In this document: positions 57,321 to 64,000 of the stretch, one piece after another
Layout: every line of letters begins with the position of its first letter
How positions within the stretch are numbered: the stretch's first letter is position 1
DNA from: Candidatus Latescibacterota bacterium
GTDB lineage: Bacteria; Latescibacterota; UBA2968
Reading direction: 5' to 3'
Assembly: GCA_965116885.1 (NCBI GenBank)
Contig: OZ220741.1
Span: 2,080,001 to 2,144,000 of the forward strand
Length of the DNA: 64,000 bases
Program-made: the position numbers and the translations under genes
The notes under the pieces: model-generated
What the model saw: the letters and a program-made list of their open reading frames with translations, nothing else
Told to the model about the DNA's origin: nothing
Database searches by the model: none

Positions 57321-57355
57321 AAAGCCGTTGGAATGTTCCGTTCCAGCGGCTTTTT
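57321..57355 (+). terminator. intrinsic terminator just upstream of holB
   Basis: aaagccgttggaa-tgttccg-ttccagcggcttttt. Confidence 0.7.
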
Positions 57356-57370
57356 ATGTGAGAGGCGATA

Positions 57371-58414
57371 TTGAAACGGGTGATTGGACAGGAGCGCGCA
57401 GTTCGGTTTTTGACCGAATTGATTGAAAGAGATCGAGTCCCGCACGCGCTGTTGTTTTTGGGCACTTCTGGCACGGGTGCAGTGGCGGCGGCATTGGATT
57501 TTGTGCAGGCGTTGCATTGCCGAGCAGATGGTGCTGTGGCCTGTGGGCATTGTGCCGAATGTCACAAGGCGACAAATCTCAATCATCCGGATAGTACGCT
57601 GCTCTTTCCTTTTTCTCGGGGCGTGAAAGAGGAAGTTAGGCAGGCCGCACTGCTGCAGGTGTGGCAATCGCCTTATCACTATCCATTGCCCGACAAGAAT
57701 GTGGGGATTCTCATTGATGACGTTCGGGAGATGCAGCGGCAGTTTACGCACAGTGCTTTTGCGGGGGGCTGGCGCACGACTCTTATTTTACATGCGGATC
57801 AAATGCGCGCAGAGGCGGCTAACGCCATGTTGAAAACTCTGGAAGAACCGCCTGTTCGGTCGCTGATGATCTTGGTTGCAGCCCAGGGCGATGCGTTGTT
57901 GCCCACCATTGTGTCGCGGTGTCAGTTTGTGAAATTTCCCGCGCTTTCGCCTCAGGATATCAGTGCCAGCTTGGCGGCAAGGGGCGTTGATAAAACAATG
58001 GCAGATTTTATTGGACGCACGTGTGGCGGCGACTTACGCAGGGCATTGGATATGACCGATGGTCATATCGCAGATAGGCAAAATCGATCTTTTAAGTTTT
58101 TGGAAGCCTTGCTGTGGGAGCAGGAGGAGCGCACGTTTGAAGCACTTGTAAAACTCGACCGACAAGAGGCATTGGATATTTTGGCAGGTGCTGAAATTTG
58201 GCTCAGGGATGCGCTGTTGCTGCAATGTGGTCGGGGCGATAATATAGCCAATGCCGATCAGGAGGACAATGTCGGGCGATTGGCTGAGGTTTTTGATCTG
58301 GACCAACTCGCCGCAATTGCAAAAAAAATTGAATCACTGCGGGAGATGAATCACCGCAATGTAAATATGAATCTGGGCTTGATCTCGCTCTGGCGGCAGA
58401 TGAAGTCTTTTTGA
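57371..58414 (+). CDS. holB: DNA polymerase III delta' subunit
   Basis: IGQ, HALLF.G..G.G, C....ACG.C..C, HPD, AANA.LKTLEEPP, LPTIVSRC. Confidence 0.92.
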   Translation: MKRVIGQERAVRFLTELIERDRVPHALLFLGTSGTGAVAAALDFVQALHCRADGAVACGHCAECHKATNLNHPDSTLLFPFSRGVKEEVRQAALLQVWQSPYHYPLPDKNVGILIDDVREMQRQFTHSAFAGGWRTTLILHADQMRAEAANAMLKTLEEPPVRSLMILVAAQGDALLPTIVSRCQFVKFPALSPQDISASLAARGVDKTMADFIGRTCGGDLRRALDMTDGHIADRQNRSFKFLEALLWEQEERTFEALVKLDRQEALDILAGAEIWLRDALLLQCGRGDNIANADQEDNVGRLAEVFDLDQLAAIAKKIESLREMNHRNVNMNLGLISLWRQMKSF

Positions 58415-58428
58415 GTGGGTGTAGAAAA

Positions 58429-60315
58429 ATGGGCACATTTTATATTACAACACCGATTTATTACGTCAATGATGAACCCCATATTGGGCATGCGTACACG
58501 ACGATTATGGCCGATGTGCTGTCGCGTTTTCACCGCCTGGCTGGCGATGATGTGTTGTTTTTGACCGGTACGGATGAGCACGGGCAGAAAGTGGATGAGG
58601 CTGCGAAAAAACGCAATCTGTCGCCGCAGGCACATGCGGATGAAATGGTGGTGCGATTTCAGGCGTTGTGGAAGGCTTTAGATATTTCTAACGATGATTT
58701 TATTCGCACAACCGAAGCGCGACACAAGCGCGTTGTATCGGAGATTTTGCAACGCATTTACGATGCGGGCGAGATTTATGCCGATAATTACGAGGGCTGG
58801 TATTGTGTCCCGGACGAGCGGTTTTGGACGGAGAAGGATCTGGTTGATGGGAATTGTCCGGATTGCGGGCGGCCTACGGAGAAGATTTCGGAGAAGAATT
58901 ACTTTTTCAGGATGAGCAAATACCAGGACTGGCTTATTGAATATATCGAGACACATCCCGATTTTATTCGACCGGAAAAGCGGCGCAACGAGATCCTCGG
59001 TTTTTTGCGCCAGCCGCTGGGCGATCTGTGTATTTCTCGTCCCAGAGCGCGCTTGGAATGGGGGATTCCGCTGCCTTTTGATGACGATTATGTTTGTTAT
59101 GTGTGGTTCGATGCCCTGATCAATTATATCACGGCACCGGGTTATATTGCCGATGACGCGCGTTTTGAGCACTGGTGGCAGGCGTCTTGCCATCTGATTG
59201 GCAAGGATATTTTGACCACGCATTGCGTGTATTGGCCCACGATGCTCAAGGCGATAGGTGTGCCGTTGCCCAAAACGGTTATGGGGCATGGTTTTTGGCT
59301 CGTGGATGAGACAAAGATGGGGAAGTCGCTGGGCAATGCGATTCGGCCTCTGGATCTGGCTGATAAATACGGGGTGGATGCGTTTCGGTATTTTCTGGTG
59401 CGCGATATGACGCTGGGGCAAGATAGCGATTTTAGCGAAGAGGCTTTTGTCCAGCGTTATAATACCGAGTTGGCGAATGAGTTGGGCAATTTGCTGAATC
59501 GCTCGGTGGTGATGGCTGCGCGGTATTTGGATGGGGTTGTGCCTGCTGTGGATGTCAACCATGCGGCGCTCAACGCTTTGAAAGCACAGACGGATGAGAC
59601 GCTCAATGCGGTGGGCGACGCCATTGATGCGATGAATCCCAATGCGGTGCTGGATGCGGTTTGGCGATTGGTGCGGGAGGCCAATCGGTTTGTCGAGGTG
59701 CAGGCGCCGTGGCATTTGGTGAAGGATGCTGGCAAGAGGGATGAGCTTGAGGTGACGATTTACGCGTTGCTGGAGACGATGCGGCAATTGGCCGTGTTGC
59801 TGTTTCCGGTGATTCCGTCAAAGGCGTGTGAGATTTGGCAGCAACTCGGCGCAAAGGGTTCGCCGGAAGATGTTCATTTGGATGATTTAAAAACATGGGG
59901 CGGTCTGGACGCCAATTTGAAGGTTGCACCTGGCGATCCGGTGTTCCCGCGTATAGAGGAGGTCAATGTGGCAGAAGAAAGACCAGAAGAAGATTTGATT
60001 TCTTTTTCAGAATTTCAGAAGCTCAAGTTGCGCGTGGCAAAAATTGACGCGGCCGAGCGCGTGAAGGGGGCGGATCGCCTGTTGCAGTTGCAGATCAGTT
60101 TGGGCGATGAGCAACGCCAGATCGTCGCCGGGATTGCCGAGTTTTATGAGCCGGATGATCTCGTTGGGCAGCAGATTGTGGTGGTTGCCAATCTGGAACC
60201 TGCGACTATTCGCGGTGTCGAGTCCCAGGGGATGCTGCTGGTCGCATCCGACGATAACGGCCTCACACTCGTAACGCCAGATGGTGAGATTAGTGATGGG
60301 GCAGAGGTTAGTTGA
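58429..60315 (+). CDS. metG: methionyl-tRNA synthetase with C-terminal tRNA-binding domain
   Basis: YITTPIYYVN..PHIGHAY, TGTDEHG, YVWFDAL.NY, KMGKSLGN, RQIVAGI, G..SQGMLL. Confidence 0.97.
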   Translation: MGTFYITTPIYYVNDEPHIGHAYTTIMADVLSRFHRLAGDDVLFLTGTDEHGQKVDEAAKKRNLSPQAHADEMVVRFQALWKALDISNDDFIRTTEARHKRVVSEILQRIYDAGEIYADNYEGWYCVPDERFWTEKDLVDGNCPDCGRPTEKISEKNYFFRMSKYQDWLIEYIETHPDFIRPEKRRNEILGFLRQPLGDLCISRPRARLEWGIPLPFDDDYVCYVWFDALINYITAPGYIADDARFEHWWQASCHLIGKDILTTHCVYWPTMLKAIGVPLPKTVMGHGFWLVDETKMGKSLGNAIRPLDLADKYGVDAFRYFLVRDMTLGQDSDFSEEAFVQRYNTELANELGNLLNRSVVMAARYLDGVVPAVDVNHAALNALKAQTDETLNAVGDAIDAMNPNAVLDAVWRLVREANRFVEVQAPWHLVKDAGKRDELEVTIYALLETMRQLAVLLFPVIPSKACEIWQQLGAKGSPEDVHLDDLKTWGGLDANLKVAPGDPVFPRIEEVNVAEERPEEDLISFSEFQKLKLRVAKIDAAERVKGADRLLQLQISLGDEQRQIVAGIAEFYEPDDLVGQQIVVVANLEPATIRGVESQGMLLVASDDNGLTLVTPDGEISDGAEVS

Positions 60316-60349
60316 GAAAGGTGAGACGAGAGCAGTGAGATGTGAGAGC

Positions 60350-60377
60350 GTAGGGGCGGTGCCCCTGTGCCCGCCCG
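60350..60377 (+). repeat. GTAG-type REP-like palindrome, copy 2
   Basis: Identical to 1090-1117. Confidence 0.75.
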
Positions 60378-60392
60378 TTAAAGTAAGATACT

Positions 60393-60557
60393 TGCCTGAA
60401 GCGCAATCCGGCGTCTGCTCGTGTTCTGGAGAAGAATGGGTTTCAAGAGATGGATGGGTTTCTATACAACAGTTCCAAGTTCGAGAACGAACCCGCACGG
60501 CGATTCCAACTGACCCGAGAGGCATGGGTAGCGGCGCAGGCTGAAGAGTCCAGCTAA
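60393..60557 (+). pseudogene. 3' fragment of a RimJ/RimL-type GNAT acetyltransferase
   Basis: Frame reads CLKRNPASARVLEKNGFQE...FQLTREAW...stop; NxxSxRVLEKxGF motif; in-frame stop at 60384-60386 and no convincing start. Confidence 0.7.
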
Positions 60558-60604
60558 CGCGATTTTCGTACTGCTACGATATAAAAATATAGGAGGATTG
60601 GAAG

Positions 60605-60817
60605 ATGAATCAAACTTTTACTGCTCTTATCCAACAACGTGAGGACTGGTGGATTGGATGGATTGAAGAAATCCCCGGTGTGAACTGTCAAGAGCGAACC
60701 AGAGAGGAATTGCTTGATTCTCTGAGAATTACACTTCGGGAAGCCCTAGAATTTAATCGCGAGGAATCAATAAATATAGCTGAAAGCGGATACCAAGAAG
60801 TAGCAATCCAAATATGA
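60605..60817 (+). CDS. hicB: HicB-family antitoxin (short)
   Basis: WWIGWIEEIPGVNCQERTREELL..L; AGGAGG RBS. Confidence 0.88.
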   Translation: MNQTFTALIQQREDWWIGWIEEIPGVNCQERTREELLDSLRITLREALEFNREESINIAESGYQEVAIQI

Positions 60818-61005
60818 AACGAAGAGAATTGCTCAGACATCTCAGAAGACACGGTTGTAATTTAATCCGTGAAGGTCGTAAACATTCCTGGTGGGGTAAT
60901 GTCGTGCTAAATACCAGAAGTGCAGTGCCCAGGCATACAGAAATCGATGATCGGCTTGCCAAAAAAATCTGTAAGGATCTGGGAATACCAAATCAAAGAT
61001 CCTAA
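60814..61005 (+). CDS. hicA: HicA-family toxin
   Basis: KRRELLRHL...GC..IREG..HS.W.N......VPRH.EI...LA.KICKDLGI; ATGA overlap. Confidence 0.9.
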   Translation: MKRRELLRHLRRHGCNLIREGRKHSWWGNVVLNTRSAVPRHTEIDDRLAKKICKDLGIPNQRS

Positions 61006-61031
61006 TAAGTCGCTCTTGATCTCCGTCGTTA

Positions 61032-61200
61032 GCTCACATGAAATCGAAAAGAAGATACATAATCATTTGCGTGCTATTGGTCACGGCGGCCCCAAACGTA
61101 AAGAATGGTTCCAGACAAATGAACAGTCTGTACACCGTGTCGTCAATGCTTTTGAAGATAGTGGTTTTCTTCTCAAGGACATGCTCGCCTGGAAAAAAGG
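61032..61200 (+). pseudogene. fragment resembling the C-terminus of a T5orf172/GIY-YIG domain
   Basis: EIEKKIHNHL....GGPKRKEWF resembles the E..lH..l......EWF end of T5orf172 domains; N-terminal half absent. Boundaries approximate. Confidence 0.45.
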
Positions 61201-61360
61201 ATCGGCACACCATCGCGCTCAGAGGGTGAGCATTGTCTTTCAACTACCTGTTCATACTCGCTGCACTACGTTGTTGCTTTTGATTTTCATCCTGTTCATC
61301 CTTTAATCTTGCACATCCTGATTCTGACTATGGTTGCTTTTGCCTTTTTAGGATTTCTAC

Positions 61361-62131
61361 ATGCTTGTCGATTCACACGCGCATTTGATGTTTCCACAGT
61401 TCAAGAAGGATCTGGATGATCTGCTCGCCAGGGCGCGTGCCGCGGGGGTGGGGCAGATTGTGAATGTGGGTACAAATTTGGAGACAAGCTGTGCGGCTAT
61501 CGCGCTTGCTGAGGCAGAGGCTGATGTGTTTGCTTCGGCGGGGTTTCATCCGTCGGATTCTGCGAAGGCGGATGAGGTGGCTTTGAAAAAGCTGCCCGCG
61601 CTTTTGAAGCATCCCAGAATCGTTGCGGTTGGCGAGACGGGGTTGGATTTTTATCGCGATTACGCGCCGCGCGAGGTTCAGGAACGGGCGTTTCGGGCAC
61701 ATATTCGTCTGGCGAGAGAGATGGACTTGCCGTTGATTATGCACAGTCGGGGTGCTGAGACGCGGGTGTTGGACGTGTTGGAGGAAGAAGGTGGGTCAGA
61801 AGTGGGCGGTGTGATGCACTGTTTTGGCGGGGATGTCGAAGAAGCCAGGCGCGCGGTGGATCTCAATTTTTATCTGGGGTTTGGCGGTATTATTACTTTC
61901 AAAAATTCGGGTGCGTTGAAGGTCGCATTGGATGTGCCCGCTGAGCGATTGCTTTTGGAGACGGATTGTCCGTTTCTGGCACCGGCACCAAAACGCGGCA
62001 AGCGCAATGAACCGGCGTATGTACGCTATGTCGCCGAGTGTCTGGCCGATGCTGGATGGGGGGATACTGGAGATGTGTGTCGGCAGACGACGCAAAATGC
62101 TCAGGCTTTGTTTGGATTGGGATCAACGTGA
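61361..62131 (+). CDS. tatD: TatD-family DNase
   Basis: DSHAHL, GFHP, VGETGLDF, HSR, HCF, LETDCP.LAP, RNEPA. Confidence 0.95.
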   Translation: MLVDSHAHLMFPQFKKDLDDLLARARAAGVGQIVNVGTNLETSCAAIALAEAEADVFASAGFHPSDSAKADEVALKKLPALLKHPRIVAVGETGLDFYRDYAPREVQERAFRAHIRLAREMDLPLIMHSRGAETRVLDVLEEEGGSEVGGVMHCFGGDVEEARRAVDLNFYLGFGGIITFKNSGALKVALDVPAERLLLETDCPFLAPAPKRGKRNEPAYVRYVAECLADAGWGDTGDVCRQTTQNAQALFGLGST

Positions 62132-62904
62132 AAACGAAGACGCGGCTGGGCCAGCATTTTCTCACAAATGGCGCAGCTATCGAGCGAATCGTAGAGGCTG
62201 CACAGATTGAGAAAGAGGATCTGGTCGTAGAAATTGGTCCCGGACGGGGTGCGTTGACGGGCCTTTTGGTTGCGCGGGCAGGTCAGGTGGTCGCTATTGA
62301 GATTGATGGGGCGTTGTGTGATTTGCTTTCTGATCAGTTTGGTTCGCGGTTAAAAATTGTGTCAGATGATGTGCGGCGGGTTAATTTGCCCGCACTTGTT
62401 GAAATTGAAAAACGAGAAAAGGCGGTTCTGGTGGGCAATTTGCCCTATCATATTACGGGCGCGCTCATCAGGCAAATTACGGATGCTCGAAGGGTTTGGA
62501 AACGCGCTGTGATTACAGTACAGCGCGAGGTGGGGCAACGCATGATCGCGCCGCCGGGTAGCAAAATATATGGCGTGTTGTCGGTTGTTACACAGGTGCG
62601 ATGTGTCGCAAAACGGTTGTTTGACCTGCCCCCCGCGCATTTTTATCCGCGGCCCAAAGTGCATTCTTCTGTGTTGATGCTGGATTTTGAAGCAAATTCT
62701 GCTTATGATATTGCAGATGAAAGGCGTTTGTTTGGCGTGGTGCGTGCCGCATTTCAGCAGCGGAGGAAGATGGTGCGCAACGCACTATCTGGTGTGGTAG
62801 ATGATGAGATTTTGAATGAAGCGAATATCGATGGTCGCGCGCGTCCCGAAACCATATCGATTGATGGATTTGAACGGATTTGTCGCGCATTGGCTGTGCG
62901 ATAG
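62128..62904 (+). CDS. rsmA: 16S rRNA dimethyladenosine transferase
   Basis: LGQHFL, EIGPG.G.LT, GNLPY.IT, VQREV, F.P.PKV.S, F.QRRK; GTGA overlap with tatD. Confidence 0.95.
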   Translation: MKTKTRLGQHFLTNGAAIERIVEAAQIEKEDLVVEIGPGRGALTGLLVARAGQVVAIEIDGALCDLLSDQFGSRLKIVSDDVRRVNLPALVEIEKREKAVLVGNLPYHITGALIRQITDARRVWKRAVITVQREVGQRMIAPPGSKIYGVLSVVTQVRCVAKRLFDLPPAHFYPRPKVHSSVLMLDFEANSAYDIADERRLFGVVRAAFQQRRKMVRNALSGVVDDEILNEANIDGRARPETISIDGFERICRALAVR

Positions 62905-62925
62905 TTTTATAGAAAGGGATTTCTT

Positions 62926-63846
62926 ATGCCCATTCCAAAGTCAGACAAGATCTGGTTTAATGGGAATTTTGTAGGTTGGGACGATGCCAAAATACACGTG
63001 CTGTCCCATGTGGTGCATTACGGTTCGAGTGTTTTTGAGGGGATACGGTGTTATCATACCGAAAGAGGACCGGCCTGTTTCAGGCTGCGAGATCATGTGA
63101 AGAGGCTCTACGATTCGGCCAAAATTTATCGCATGGAAATTCCCTATATGCAGGATGAACTGGAAGCGGCTATTTTGGAGACGATTCGCATAAATAAATT
63201 GCAAGCGTGTTATGTCAGGCCCGTGGTTTTTCGGGGATTTGGCGAGTTGGCTGTCAATCCAATGCCATGTCCGGTCGAGGTGGTGGTCGCGGTGTGGGAA
63301 TGGGGCAAGTACCTGGGGCCAGAGGCTCTGGAGAAAGGCGTGTCGGTCCGGTTTGCGTCGTGGAATCGCCTGGCGCCCAATACCATGCCTTCGCTGGCTA
63401 AGGTGGCGGCAAATTATATGAATGCACAACTGATCAAGATGGAGGCGATGGCCGATGGCTATGCCGAGGGCATTGCCCTGGATACACAGGGTTATGTGAG
63501 CGAAGGTAGCGGCGAGAATATTTTTATGGTGAAGAATGGGCAAATTTACACGCCATCTACCGGGTCGTCTATTTTGCCCGGTATTACGCGACATTCGGTT
63601 ATTACACTTGCCCGAGATTTGGGACATACGGTGACGGCGCGACCAATTCCAAGGGAGTCTCTGTACATTGCGGACGAGGTATTTTTTACGGGTAGTGCAG
63701 CAGAGATCACACCGATCACGGCTATTGACCATATCAAAATTGGCTGTGGTTCTCGGGGTGAGATCACAAAGAAGTTGCAGGATGCCTTTTTTGCCGTTGT
63801 GGAAGGGCGTGCGGAAGATAAGTGGGGCTGGTTGACGTATGTTTGA
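62926..63846 (+). CDS. ilvE: branched-chain amino acid aminotransferase
   Basis: HYG.SVFEG.R, YVRP, AK...NY.N, EG.GENIF, ILPGITR, ADEVF.TG.AAEITP. Confidence 0.95.
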   Translation: MPIPKSDKIWFNGNFVGWDDAKIHVLSHVVHYGSSVFEGIRCYHTERGPACFRLRDHVKRLYDSAKIYRMEIPYMQDELEAAILETIRINKLQACYVRPVVFRGFGELAVNPMPCPVEVVVAVWEWGKYLGPEALEKGVSVRFASWNRLAPNTMPSLAKVAANYMNAQLIKMEAMADGYAEGIALDTQGYVSEGSGENIFMVKNGQIYTPSTGSSILPGITRHSVITLARDLGHTVTARPIPRESLYIADEVFFTGSAAEITPITAIDHIKIGCGSRGEITKKLQDAFFAVVEGRAEDKWGWLTYV

Positions 63847-63874
63847 TGAGGAAAGACGAAAAAAGCTGGTTGCT

Positions 63875-64000
63875 ATGAAAAATAAAAAAATCGCTGTTAT
63901 TGGTGCAGGCAATATGGGGGGCGCGCTGATGGCCGGTTGGATTCGGTCGGGAGAGATCGCGCCTGAAAATATCACGGCGGTGGATCTGATTGCTGAGGTA
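63875..64000 (+). CDS. proC: pyrroline-5-carboxylate reductase, 5' part (runs off the window)
   Basis: MKNKKIAVIGAGNMGGALMAGW... Confidence 0.75.
   Translation, partial: MKNKKIAVIGAGNMGGALMAGWIRSGEIAPENITAVDLIAEV

Noticed and set aside
58678..59787. Long antisense ORFs (also 33241-34389, 36959-37933, 62941-63975 and others)
   Set aside because: They are shadows of well-supported genes on the opposite strand and carry no recognisable motifs.
60548..60600. Integron attC site after the GNAT fragment (GCTAAC at the stop)
   Set aside because: No matching GTTRRRY arm or extended palindrome follows, and no integron integrase is in the window.
1..64000. CRISPR array or cas genes
   Set aside because: No regularly spaced repeat-spacer array or Cas motifs were seen; the repeats found are isolated hairpins or microrepeats.

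Overview
A bacterial chromosomal window. The GWxTD/TPR, BatA-VWA, DUF1800/DUF1501 and sulfatase genes and the dockerin/EF-hand-tagged secreted proteins suggest an FCB-group lineage such as Latescibacterota or Gemmatimonadota; this is inference only. The backbone is mostly housekeeping: a Cys/Met PLP enzyme, tRNA-Arg(ACG), tRNA-Glu(CTC), udk, ilvD, mug, aceE-aceF-lpdA, hflX, topA-xerC, ubiA/ubiX-like genes, an RSH, a DinG, HU, holB-metG-tatD-rsmA-ilvE-proC. The main accessory feature is a visibly AT-rich, integrase-less island of about 5.9 kb directly after tRNA-Glu, bounded by a degenerate repeat of the tRNA 3' end and terminator. It carries five co-oriented minus-strand genes: a SMEK-like/APAZ fusion translationally coupled to a catalytically dead short prokaryotic Argonaute, an XRE-HTH/ImmA-IrrE metallopeptidase fusion, and a Panacea (DUF4065) antitoxin with a small putative toxin. 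The SMEK-APAZ plus short pAgo pair does not match the named SPARTA, SPARSA or SPARDA effector types as I know them and is the best candidate for an undescribed system. Smaller insertions carry higBA plus an orphan small ORF (after xerC), and hicBA between GNAT and T5orf172-like gene fragments (between metG and tatD). All family assignments come from motif recognition by eye; no database searches were run.
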